From Verrucomicrobiota bacterium (GTDB lineage: Bacteria; Verrucomicrobiota; Verrucomicrobiia; Opitutales; Seribacteraceae): a DNA stretch of 30,714 nt. Shown here in pieces: positions 1-11,495 of this stretch (position 1 is its first letter; every line of letters begins with the position of its first letter). The notes under the pieces are model-generated. The model saw only the letters and a program-made list of their open reading frames with translations, was not told the DNA's origin and did no database searches. The position numbers and the translations under genes were made by a program. The stretch spans positions 1-30,714 of the forward strand of contig JAQBYT010000046.1 in assembly GCA_027622665.1 (NCBI GenBank), written 5' to 3'.

Positions 1-22
1 GTGCATTTAATCAGCCGGGGTC

Positions 23-470
23 TCACGCGGCCTCGCGATGGTAGTAGTTTAGCAGCCCGCCGACGCGTCTGCGCCTCCGCACGCCGGCGTCCGACTTCGG
101 TGGTGGTGGTTCTGATAGCAGCCGGTTCTCCAGACCCTGGTGGTTGCGCTCCCGGTGGTAGTGTTCGACGTACTCGCGAACCAGAAGTCGCAGGTGGCGT
201 TCGCCCAGCACGACCACACGGCTCAGACATTCATTCTTGATCGAGCGAACAAACCGCTCGGCGTAGGCATTCAGATTTGGGCTCCTCGGCGGCAGCTTGA
301 TAGGCGTCACGCCGCTGCTCTTCAAGATCTCCGCAAACTTGATGGTGAACAGCGGATCCCGATCGTGGATCAGATGTGTTGCGTCCCGCAGGAACCCGTC
401 GAAGGCGTCGGTCAGGTTCCGCGCAGTCTGTTCCATCAGCTCGCCGTATGGCTGGTGATGGATGCCCGCT
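23..470 (-). mobile_element. C-terminal part of an integrase-core (rve-type DDE) transposase
   Basis: LIHDRDPLFT, PPRSPNLNAYAERFVRSIKNECL, YVEHYHRERNHQGL and GGLLNYYHREAA are typical integrase-core motifs. The N-terminal part is absent. Confidence 0.85.
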
Positions 471-751
471 TCGTGGAGCATGCGGTCGAAAATGGTGTCC
501 TCGTAGATGGTCCGGTTCTGGACCGCTCCCTTTTCCTTGTTCCACACGATGCGCTGGTGCTGTTCGAATCTGCGGAAGAGAAGGTAGAGTTGCATCATTG
601 CGCCCCAGCGGTTCATGTCCTCATAGAAGTCGGACAAGTAGGGGTTGTCATCCACGGGCTCGTTGAAGGCCTCGTAGCCGAGGTGCTCGGCAAGTTGTTG
701 GGAGAGGGTGGACTTTCCCGCCCCGATGATTCCGGCAATTCCGATGAACAT
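461..751 (-). pseudogene. N-terminal fragment of a deoxynucleoside kinase (dNK family), fused in frame to an integrase fragment
   Basis: P-loop GIIGAGKST, EPVDDNPYLSDFY, MQLYLLFRRFEQH and a QNRTIYED motif (canonically DRS/T). Similarity stops at about aa 97, so the C-terminal half with the lid region is missing. Confidence 0.85.
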
Positions 752-1017
752 GATTCTTTCGACCCTACTGGCCGGACGCCTTCGGTCAAGTCCGGGGTGG
801 AAACGGATTAGTTGTTTTGAACGAGCTTTGCCGAGGAACCGTCTGGAGAGTGTCGGTTATTTCGGGATGGCTATCTTCAGTGACCACCCTCCCCCCCGCC
901 GAGGGAAGGAGGGATTTCCCGGTCTGGTATTGCAGATCTCCGCAGACGATGAAGGCGAAGCGTTTTTCCTTGGCGTGGAGGTCCTGAATGCCGGGTGGTT
1001 GCATTTGGAGAAATTAC

Positions 1018-4000
1018 CTAGTTCAGCTTCAAATACTCCACGACGTCGCGCAATTGCTGGGCGTCCAAGCCCAATCGGCTGGCGGGCGCCATGAAGGATG
1101 TCTTGACCTGCTTGCGGGACTTGAGGTCCGCTTTGCTGATTACGATGTCTTGTCCTCCAAATACTCTGATGACCAGCGGGTCTCCTTCTGCCTGTATGAA
1201 CCCTTGGATTCTCTTGTCTCCTTTGACGACTAATTCGGTACCCTCGAATCCGTGGGAAAGTTCGGCGGAGGGGTCAAGGATGGCCTTGAGGATGACTTCG
1301 CGGGATTGACCGCGTCCCCAACCTGCCAACGTTGGCCCGAACTCGACCCCGGTCGATCCGATCTTATGGCAGACGTAGCACCGTCCGATCATTGTCTTTC
1401 CCGCCTTGGCATCTCCCTTGAGTGAAAGGATTTCCGCGGCCTTCGGTAATTTGCTTTCGGGGGCAAACTGAAGCGGTGCGAGCCTATCGACGTAAACGGT
1501 CGGTCCTGCCGGTTTACCCGAAAGCTGATCCTTTGCTTTATAGCGATTCCAGATTCCCTGGTCTCGCTTGTCGATGAAGACGGAAGCGAGTTTGCCTGTT
1601 TCGCCTCCTGCAGACTTGGCAATTTCCACCATCGCGGTTGCTGCCTGCGGGGCTTCGATCAAGCTGATGGCAAAAAGCATGGATCGCCGGGTGGCATCAT
1701 CCCTGTCCTTGTCCATGGCCCATCCCTTGAGCTCGTTCACCGCGCTGACCGGGTGCAACCTCCAGACGAGTCCGGCATACTTCGGGTCGAATTCCTTTGC
1801 GGAATGTTTTTCGCGCAAAGCGGCGTAGACCTTTTCCTCCTTGTCGGTACAGCCGATGCCGAAAGCCTCGACGTAGTAGCGATCCTTTCCGTCGTATCCA
1901 TCGGCAATCCGGAGAAGGAGGTCACGGCATTTGTCAAAGGGAACGTAGCGGAGTGCCAAGGCCACTTCCCGCCGGACCAATGGGGATGAGTCTCCGGCCA
2001 GCTTCACGGCATGCTCTAGAACTCGGTGGTTCTCATGCCGAAGGGCTCGGAAAGCCGAGATGCGAGCTTGGGGGTTCTTGTGGGCGAGGCGCGATTCGAC
2101 GATGGAAAGTCCTTCGGAACCAAGCTTGGCCAAGAGCCAAGTCGCCCGAGCCTGAATGAAACCGTTTGGGGCATCGAGTAATTTATTGACGGCGGGAATC
2201 GATTTTGCTCCTGCAGCCGCAAGGGGGGCGCGTCCGAGCTCGCGCACATTGGGAGATGGATTTTTGAGGGCCGCAATTTGTCCATCTGTGGACGATAGGT
2301 CGAACTTGGGAACGGAAAGCTTGTCCCCCTTGGGCGCGATTCGGTAAATCGCGCCGGTCTGTCCACGGTCACGCGTGCTGTGCCCTCCGACGCGAGCATC
2401 AAACCAGTCGGAAACGTAAATCGCTCCGTCCGGACCGACGGTGACGTCGCTAGGGCGGAACAGGGTGATGTTTCCAACCTGACCTCCGGCATTTCGAAAG
2501 TCCGCCCCGGCAAAGTTTTTATCCGGGTTGCTGGTTAGGAAAACGTCTCGCTGGGGCAGGGTGATTCCCGCTCCCTCAGGTTTTGGGTGATATCCGAACA
2601 AAGTGTTGCGGGCAGGTTCGCAACTAATGACGTATCCCCCGAATCGGTCTTCCATAATACCGTTCTCGTAGAAGGCGATACCGGTCGGTGAACCTCCCCC
2701 ATAGACGTCTCCGGCCGGCACCGAGCCGGGATCTTCCTGTCTCCACTCTCCGACTTGGGTGGTCTGTCCGGGCATGATGTCGGCCCGCCAATTGCGAAGC
2801 CCGTTACGGGAGGCGAATCCCATGTTTCCGTACTCCATGAGCCAAGCCGTTCGGCTTGCCGGTGGGTCGTCGTTGTCATTTTGGAATACGTCACCGAACG
2901 AACTGACAGCCTGCTCGTAGGAATTGCGAAAGTTGTGTCCGATCGGACGCAAGCCCGTACCGTCTTGATTGACCCGCAAAGCGACTCCACCAACGTAAAC
3001 TTGCCCATCCCCGCTAGGCAGACCCGAAACCTGACGAGATGAGTAGAAACTACCTGCGTTCAGTTGCCAACCATCCTTATCGGTGACCTTCGAGCCCTTG
3101 TTTCCATGGTTGAAATAATACTGCCCGTTGGGTCCCACCGTGACGGAGTGAAGGCTGTGGTCGTGGTTGTTTCCGTCGAATCCCGTCAAGAGCACTTCCC
3201 GCTTGTCCACTCCTTCGTCAAACACCGCGTTGCGATTTACGTCGGTGTAAACGATCAGGTCGGGGGGTTGGGAAACGAGTATGCGGTTGTCTACCACGGC
3301 CACGCCCAGGGGTGAGTTGAACATCTTTTCCTGTACGAAGACGTGAGAACTCTCGGCTATCCCGTCCCCGTCCTTGTCCTCGACCACTACTATCCGGTCC
3401 CCATCGGCTTGGGTTCTTCTTCCCCTGTAGTTCCGTCCCTCCGCTACCCAGATACGCCCCTTGTAGTCGATATCCATATTTGTCGGGTTATAGAAGAGGG
3501 GAGACTTTGCCCAGAGCTTGATCTCCAGACCCTCGGGCAGGACCAGTTGATCGGGCGGGAAATGATCGATGCCCGGAGCAAGCCCGCGTTCCTTGGCCGA
3601 GGCCTGTGAAATGCTTCCGAGGTTCGGTGGCTTGTCGAATACGAGGAACTGCACACTGGTGACCGATGCTCCCTGCTGCCTGCTCCCGCCGTCGTCCAGT
3701 CCCCCGCGGGCCAAAAAAGTGACGTACTTGTGGTCTTTCGGAAACTGGTAGTGGATCACGCTGTTGGCGTGCGCCCCAATGCCGTAGGCAACCGGTCTGC
3801 CGTTGATTTTCAAGGGTTGTCCCCCGCAGTTCTTGTTGATCCCGATTCTTCCCCAACCCGTACTTGCGGACTTCCACTTGAGCTCGGTCAATTTGGTCTC
3901 CTTGCCCGCGGCGTCAACTAGGCGGGCTTCCGCCCAGTCCGCCCAGTCGCAGGAATGAGAATCCCCACCGTCCGCCATGACCAGGTACAGATCCTTGGCG

Positions 4001-4992
4001 CCCTTGACCTTCGCCTTGATATCGACGGCGTGCCCCTTGGTCTTAGTCGTGATCACCTTGCTCGCAAAGAGGGCGTCTTTTACGTCCAAGGGCTTTGTCT
4101 TGGGACTGGTCGACGAACTTTTCTTAAGCCTCAGAGTTGGATTGGGAAGAGATTTAACGCCGTGTTTCGGCACTTCGAGCTTTGCCGTCCATATGATGGC
4201 ATTGAGCACGCAGGTTCTGAAATCGTCCTGATCCCACGACTTGTGATGGTGGGCGCCGGTCGTGCCGAACCCTCGCTGACCGTTAGGTCTCTCCGCGGTC
4301 CAGGCCAAGTGTTGCTTTTCCTTCCTTTCGAGCACTGCTTTTCTTACGGCCGGGTTATTGCTGTGCGGCCCATCCCCTCGTTTTAGAGTGTCGGCCGGAG
4401 GTAGGGCGCTGAGAATGGGGGTCACTCCCTCCATTCCATCTCGAAACCGCATGTGGTAGTACCATTCGTCCTTCAAGGCGAAGGGCTTGACGCCGTTGGC
4501 CACTGGGTGCTTGGGGATCGACTTGAATTCCGCGGTCCAATGCGGATTAACCGACCAAAAGGTCTCGAAGTAACCGCCTATCCACTTGAGGAGCATTTTC
4601 CCCGGATAGCCCTTGGGCACTTCGACCGCATAGTGAACGCAGACCAATCCCACTCCCTTTTCGGCCAAGGCGTCGAATTCCTTGAGATACCTGTTGATGG
4701 GATGACCGCCACCCCCATCCGATAGAATAACCACTGTAGCCGCTCCGTCAAAAATGGAGGCGTCCTTGGGCCATCCTCCCTTGTGGATAGCCGTTTCAAT
4801 ATCAAGTCCGGACTCCTTGGTAAGGGCATCCGACAAGAGGTCGACGCCGTCTCCCCAATTGTGGGCGCTCGTCCCGTGACTGTCGCGTCCTGCGATGAGG
4901 ACCACTTTTGTCTTGGCCCACCCGGATGCCGGCAAGGCCATTAGGAGGGCAAGCGCGATGCGTGCGAAGAGACGATGTGTTTTCTTGTTCAT
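1018..4992 (-). CDS. PVC-type heme-binding membrane-bound-dehydrogenase-like protein (ThuA-like, NPCBM, beta-propeller, HEAT repeats, cytochrome c)
   Basis: 1324 aa. Signal peptide; ThuA-like domain (DEWYYHMRF); NPCBM-like DWADWAEARL and GIGAHANS; NPTNMDIDYKGRIWVAE; FRPSDVTVGPDGAIYVSDW; C-terminal CYVCH followed by GPTL. Confidence 0.9.
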   Translation of the reverse strand: MNKKTHRLFARIALALLMALPASGWAKTKVVLIAGRDSHGTSAHNWGDGVDLLSDALTKESGLDIETAIHKGGWPKDASIFDGAATVVILSDGGGGHPINRYLKEFDALAEKGVGLVCVHYAVEVPKGYPGKMLLKWIGGYFETFWSVNPHWTAEFKSIPKHPVANGVKPFALKDEWYYHMRFRDGMEGVTPILSALPPADTLKRGDGPHSNNPAVRKAVLERKEKQHLAWTAERPNGQRGFGTTGAHHHKSWDQDDFRTCVLNAIIWTAKLEVPKHGVKSLPNPTLRLKKSSSTSPKTKPLDVKDALFASKVITTKTKGHAVDIKAKVKGAKDLYLVMADGGDSHSCDWADWAEARLVDAAGKETKLTELKWKSASTGWGRIGINKNCGGQPLKINGRPVAYGIGAHANSVIHYQFPKDHKYVTFLARGGLDDGGSRQQGASVTSVQFLVFDKPPNLGSISQASAKERGLAPGIDHFPPDQLVLPEGLEIKLWAKSPLFYNPTNMDIDYKGRIWVAEGRNYRGRRTQADGDRIVVVEDKDGDGIAESSHVFVQEKMFNSPLGVAVVDNRILVSQPPDLIVYTDVNRNAVFDEGVDKREVLLTGFDGNNHDHSLHSVTVGPNGQYYFNHGNKGSKVTDKDGWQLNAGSFYSSRQVSGLPSGDGQVYVGGVALRVNQDGTGLRPIGHNFRNSYEQAVSSFGDVFQNDNDDPPASRTAWLMEYGNMGFASRNGLRNWRADIMPGQTTQVGEWRQEDPGSVPAGDVYGGGSPTGIAFYENGIMEDRFGGYVISCEPARNTLFGYHPKPEGAGITLPQRDVFLTSNPDKNFAGADFRNAGGQVGNITLFRPSDVTVGPDGAIYVSDWFDARVGGHSTRDRGQTGAIYRIAPKGDKLSVPKFDLSSTDGQIAALKNPSPNVRELGRAPLAAAGAKSIPAVNKLLDAPNGFIQARATWLLAKLGSEGLSIVESRLAHKNPQARISAFRALRHENHRVLEHAVKLAGDSSPLVRREVALALRYVPFDKCRDLLLRIADGYDGKDRYYVEAFGIGCTDKEEKVYAALREKHSAKEFDPKYAGLVWRLHPVSAVNELKGWAMDKDRDDATRRSMLFAISLIEAPQAATAMVEIAKSAGGETGKLASVFIDKRDQGIWNRYKAKDQLSGKPAGPTVYVDRLAPLQFAPESKLPKAAEILSLKGDAKAGKTMIGRCYVCHKIGSTGVEFGPTLAGWGRGQSREVILKAILDPSAELSHGFEGTELVVKGDKRIQGFIQAEGDPLVIRVFGGQDIVISKADLKSRKQVKTSFMAPASRLGLDAQQLRDVVEYLKLN

Positions 4993-5137
4993 TGCTTATC
5001 TGAAGGCTTGAATTGAAAGGAACCGTGAATCGTATTGAAGGAGTCCAACCAGACAAGCCGAATAGCCTTGTGGCATGAGAATCCGGATAAGGGCCGGGGA
5101 TTGCATATCAGCGAATAAATAGTCCGAATTAATCTGA

Positions 5138-7405
<2,268 letters not shown>

Positions 7406-7452
7406 TCGATACCGAATTCTTTTAGACCAAGAGTAATGGCCTTGCCCGTTTT

Positions 7453-7475
7453 GCCTCAAGTTTTTGGCTTGAGGC
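7453..7475. terminator. 8-bp perfect hairpin downstream of icd, possible terminator or stabiliser
   Basis: GCCTCAAG-TTTTTGG-CTTGAGGC. No following U-tract on either strand. Confidence 0.4.
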
Positions 7476-7547
7476 CGATGGTGCGCGATTTCCTTAGAAG
7501 CCGTAAAACAGCTACGTTCACAAATATATGATCATTGCCTCCGTAGT

Positions 7548-9305
7548 ATGTCGCCAATGAAGAGACCTCTTTTGATTTTCTCTCTATTCCTTACCTCTCT
7601 TGCCTGTTTTGCAGACAATGGTTCGGAAATTAAGACAACGTCTTCCGGTTCGGGATACGATTGGACTACCGATCACATGCACGTCGGGGTCAGGTGGCAG
7701 CCATTCCCCGGGCGTCCCGCCAACAATGCGTACGACGCCAAGCGTCCCGTGATTGCAGAGGACAGTAGTTACGCTCAGTTCTGGGTCAGTTGGCACGCCG
7801 CCGAATCGTCCAAGGCCAACGTCGACTACGCCCGAAATATGTCGGTTTACTTGAAAACGATAGAGGATGCGGTGGACGCCTGCGTGGCGGAAGGGGTCAA
7901 GGTGGAACTCGTTGTTTGGCATTGCCCGGCCTGGGCGTCCGAGAGTGGTAAGGCGGGAGCTTGGAAACCCAAGGAGAATCATTATCGCGACTTCGTTACC
8001 CGCTTGGCCACTCATTTCAAGGGACGCGTGAATGCCTACCAGCTCTACCACGAGGCGAATCTTCAGGGGATGATGAACGGCGGCGACGTGGATTTTCTCA
8101 TCTCCGAAATTTTCATCAAGGGAGCGAAGGCAATAAGGGGCGTGTACGACGCCTCTCCCGAGAAGCAGGTAATCGTCTCGACTTCCGGATGTTCCCCTTG
8201 CGAGGCTTGCGGAACCCTCCGGGGTTTGAAAGGGAAGGGCGCCGTGGCCGTTCGCGATTACTACTCCAAGTTGATTGCAAACAAAGAGCTCATGGGATTG
8301 GTGGACGCGCTGAACATGAACGTTTCCGATCATTTCAACGGATTCGGGATGATGGACGGCAGCATAATTTCCTCGGTCTGGGGAAACTACGACCTCGCTC
8401 GTTCCCTGCTTGACGCCGCCGGTTATCGTTCCAAGCAGGTGATTTCCTCGGAGTCGTGGATCACCTGGGACGACTCATCCTTTTCCCACGACGTCAACGG
8501 CGACGGAGTAAAGAACGAGAAGGACGCCTACGACAAGGCCGTCACCATCATGGGCAAGCTTCTCGAGCGAGGTCTCAACACGATCAATCTTCCATGGTCG
8601 GACAACTCGAGCCCGTGGTCGATGGGATTGACGAAGAGGCACGACTACAACGGTCGAGTCAAGAAACTGTCCCCCGACATCGTGATTCCTGCCAAAAATG
8701 GAGTCGCCGGAATAGTTACCGAGAAAGTCGGGTTTCGCGGAAGCGACGAAACCTTTTCCATCGTACGAATCGAGAAAGGCGCCTTCAGCGCAAAGAACTA
8801 CGCCGATCCGTCGGATCCCAACCACCTCCACTACTACGTCTGGAAATGGTACTCGCAAATAGCGGGAGGCTCCGACGAGGTGATCAGGCACGCCGTCGCC
8901 GGGGAAAAAGGTAACGACGTCACCGTCCTCGGACCCGCCTTCACGGGTAAGGAGCAGTACAAGGTGTCTTCCTACGACAGAACCAATAAGAGCTTCAAGG
9001 TCTTGCTCTATTCGGACGGCGCGAGCGGAACCTCATGGGCAAAGGTTTCCATTCCCTCCACCATTCAAAACGGAAAACTGTACAACAACGAGTTCTCCAC
9101 CAAGGATTTCAGGGGCGAGGGCTTGGCCGAGGGGGATCGCTACGAGGTCCGCATTGTCACAAAGGACATTAGCCGCGAAAACGGAACCGATCTCAATCGC
9201 CGCGAGGAAGTCGCCAAGCCGGCTACCGTTGCGAATGGCGTCTTGCACACCCAAGTGGGAAACATGCGAAAGTTCACCTCGATCGAATTCGTCAAGCTCG
9301 ACTAG
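7548..9305 (+). CDS. Secreted putative glycoside hydrolase, clan GH-A-like TIM barrel with C-terminal beta domain
   Basis: Signal peptide; HCPAWAS; FVTRLATHFKGRVNAYQLYHEAN resembles the NEP acid/base motif; VISSES resembles the nucleophile motif. Confidence 0.65.
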   Translation: MSPMKRPLLIFSLFLTSLACFADNGSEIKTTSSGSGYDWTTDHMHVGVRWQPFPGRPANNAYDAKRPVIAEDSSYAQFWVSWHAAESSKANVDYARNMSVYLKTIEDAVDACVAEGVKVELVVWHCPAWASESGKAGAWKPKENHYRDFVTRLATHFKGRVNAYQLYHEANLQGMMNGGDVDFLISEIFIKGAKAIRGVYDASPEKQVIVSTSGCSPCEACGTLRGLKGKGAVAVRDYYSKLIANKELMGLVDALNMNVSDHFNGFGMMDGSIISSVWGNYDLARSLLDAAGYRSKQVISSESWITWDDSSFSHDVNGDGVKNEKDAYDKAVTIMGKLLERGLNTINLPWSDNSSPWSMGLTKRHDYNGRVKKLSPDIVIPAKNGVAGIVTEKVGFRGSDETFSIVRIEKGAFSAKNYADPSDPNHLHYYVWKWYSQIAGGSDEVIRHAVAGEKGNDVTVLGPAFTGKEQYKVSSYDRTNKSFKVLLYSDGASGTSWAKVSIPSTIQNGKLYNNEFSTKDFRGEGLAEGDRYEVRIVTKDISRENGTDLNRREEVAKPATVANGVLHTQVGNMRKFTSIEFVKLD

Positions 9306-9347
9306 TTTCGTCCATCCCTTTTCAGCAAATTGGGGCCTGAATATCCT

Positions 9348-9404
9348 GCTTCGGGGCGCATCCGCAACGCACTGTTCGCCGGTCGATTGAACAAACGCCG
9401 AAGC
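9348..9404. terminator. Imperfect long hairpin between convergent genes
   Basis: Outer stem GCTTCGG/CCGAAGC and inner stem TGTTC/GAACA. Confidence 0.3.
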
Positions 9405-9422
9405 CGATTGCTTGCGAACTTT

Positions 9423-9989
9423 TTAAAGGTTCCCGTTTATCAAAAGTCCCAGAATGGTGTTGGGGATTATCTGGGCTTGGGCCAACACCGCGACTGATCC
9501 TTGGTATCGAATGTTGTGTTTGGCCAAGGCGCTTGCCTCGGCGGCCATGTCCAAGTCCATTATCCGTCCCTCCGCAGCTTCGGTCGCAATCATCCTCCTG
9601 CTGTTCTCGTCCGTCTCTTTTTCCAGACGCTGTACGTTGGCGGCGGCTTGGGATAGTGCACGGGTCAGGCAATCGATCACGTGGTCGATCTCTTTGAGGG
9701 CACTTTGGGCGTTGGACACGGTTTTCAGGTCGTATCCGGAGAAAAGGGGCAGGTTCACGGCGGTGAGGTTCACTTCCGTGCCGAAACCGTCCGAAAGCAC
9801 GCTGAAATCCTTATCGTTGGACTCGGGCAGGATCTCGATGCTGTGCTCCCACTCGGTTACGTTAGGCGTGAGGTTGATGTCGGATACCGTGGCTCCTCCC
9901 TCGTTTCGGTAGTGTTGCAAGAGATATGTTTGGGCAATCGATTCGAAAACGAAATGCCGGTCGTTCAGGTGAAACAGGAAATGCCGCGT
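9423..9989 (-). pseudogene. 5'-truncated flagellin-family gene (C-terminal domain only)
   Basis: AQSALKEIDHVID, AANVQRLE and AAEGRIMDLDMAAEASALAKHNIRYQGSVAVLAQAQ match the flagellin C-terminal domain. The frame is closed upstream by TAG at 9990-9992 and no N-terminal domain is present. Confidence 0.85.
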
Positions 9990-10260
9990 CTACAGCATCT
10001 TGCGAAATTCGATCCCAGACCAATTGTTTACGACGATTTTTGCGAATATAGATCAGCGCCTGCAGTCGAACAATTGCTCGGCATCACGCACCAATAGAAG
10101 TCCCGTCTTCATCATCTTAGTACTTTTGCGCCACCACGACGAGTACGTTTTGCTCCATGTCTTGATCTGCTTAATAATCGGACAGCATGGCAAAGGCATA
10201 AGCCGTCAATCTAGCTTCGCATTCAAGGGCTGTCTTCTATGTGGTCTCGGAATCGTTCAT
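9979..10260 (-). pseudogene. Decayed ECF-type sigma-70 factor, region 2 only
   Basis: Manual translation: MNDSETT*KTALECEARLTAYAFAMLSDY*ADQDMEQNVLVVVAQKY*DDEDGTSIGA*CRAIVRLQALIYIRKNRRK. Four in-frame stops at 10237, 10171, 10117 and 10084; region 4 is absent. Confidence 0.75.
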
Positions 10261-10452
10261 TGCGTCAATAACGTAACACTGCCCAAAGTCTAATCGTGGA
10301 AAAGAATCTTTGCCTAACCCTCTTAAGTGAAAAAAAAAATAGCTAAATGAACCTTCATGGTCTTTGACTATTTACTTATATTAGAATCTTATTTTTTACT
10401 GACAAACTTTTGTCCACTATTTCACTTTTGTCTACATCTAGTTCTGTTGTTC

Positions 10453-11430
10453 ATGAACCGCTTTATTAAACACAGTTTTTTTCTTCTGTTGAGCTTTATG
10501 CTTTTTCTTTTCGCCGAGTCGGAAGAGCCGAAGAAGCCCATCCGGGTCATTACGCAGGGACAGGTCATCGTCCCGACCGAGAAAATGCGCCGCATTTGGG
10601 GTGAACTGATAAGTGTTGATTTGGAAACCCGAACTGGGTCATTTCGTGCGGAAAGCGAAGACAAGGTTTATCCTTTTGCGGCTATGCCCTATGCGGAAAT
10701 GTTACACCACGCGACGAAAGGGGACTTAAGTGATTTCATCATTGGCGAAAGAGCGATTTTTCGGATGCATTTGAATGAGGCGGGAAAGTGGTACTGGCTC
10801 ACTTATATTCAGGATGAGATGAATATGCTGAATGGTCACAAGGAATATTATTTCGTTGAGACAATTGACGAGTCATCCGGACGTATCGGCTTCACTTGGG
10901 CTAGGGGAGACAAGAGCTTTATTCGCGAGAAGGGACTATCTCTCGAAACGAACTCGGAAACGCAATACTGGAAGGACGGAAAACCCGCGAAGTTTTCCGA
11001 TATAAAATTGGGAGACCGTTTGCGCGCGAAAACACATGGCCGTGGCAAAGGTCGCAGCCGGATTTGTTGGCACGTGTTTCTGGATGAGATGAGTTTGCTT
11101 AAGTTCAGGACTCGGCAGATTGCTGTTCAAGATGAACGGTTGGCAAAAGACGGCGCTATCGGTTATCTGGACCTAATCAAAGGACTGGAAATGAATTTTA
11201 CGATGTTCGGGAGTGGAATCGGTTTGGTCGAGCAGCTGAAGTCGGGCATGAAAGTGTTGGTCGCTCCTGCAGGGAACAACCTTAAGCAGACTGGCGAATC
11301 AGTATCCGGGACCGTTGTCGCAGTGGGTCGGGCTGGGCATACGCATACCCGGCCTTTGACCCTGAAGCTGGATGCTTCTGGCAAAGGTTTTTTCGAAAAG
11401 GGCGTGGTGCGCATATGGCCGGCTAAATGA
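10453..11430 (+). CDS. Exported hypothetical protein, paralog of 15397..16656
   Basis: Signal-like N-terminus from the ATG at 10453; motifs collinear with the downstream paralog. Confidence 0.8.
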   Translation: MNRFIKHSFFLLLSFMLFLFAESEEPKKPIRVITQGQVIVPTEKMRRIWGELISVDLETRTGSFRAESEDKVYPFAAMPYAEMLHHATKGDLSDFIIGERAIFRMHLNEAGKWYWLTYIQDEMNMLNGHKEYYFVETIDESSGRIGFTWARGDKSFIREKGLSLETNSETQYWKDGKPAKFSDIKLGDRLRAKTHGRGKGRSRICWHVFLDEMSLLKFRTRQIAVQDERLAKDGAIGYLDLIKGLEMNFTMFGSGIGLVEQLKSGMKVLVAPAGNNLKQTGESVSGTVVAVGRAGHTHTRPLTLKLDASGKGFFEKGVVRIWPAK

Positions 11431-11495
11431 ATTATAAAGTTGTCCATGAATTTGATTATTATGACATCTCTTTTTGTATAAACTAAATTTCACTG

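Noticed and set aside
1..22. Terminal inverted repeat of the integrase element
   Set aside because: It is cut by the window edge and no partner end is visible.
887..913. CCCTCC...GGAGGG hairpin as a terminator
   Set aside because: The stem is imperfect and low-complexity, and there is no U-tract on the strand of the upstream gene.
9979..10260. Stop-codon recoding
   Set aside because: All three stop types occur, alongside other substitutions and truncation. Neighbouring genes use the standard code.
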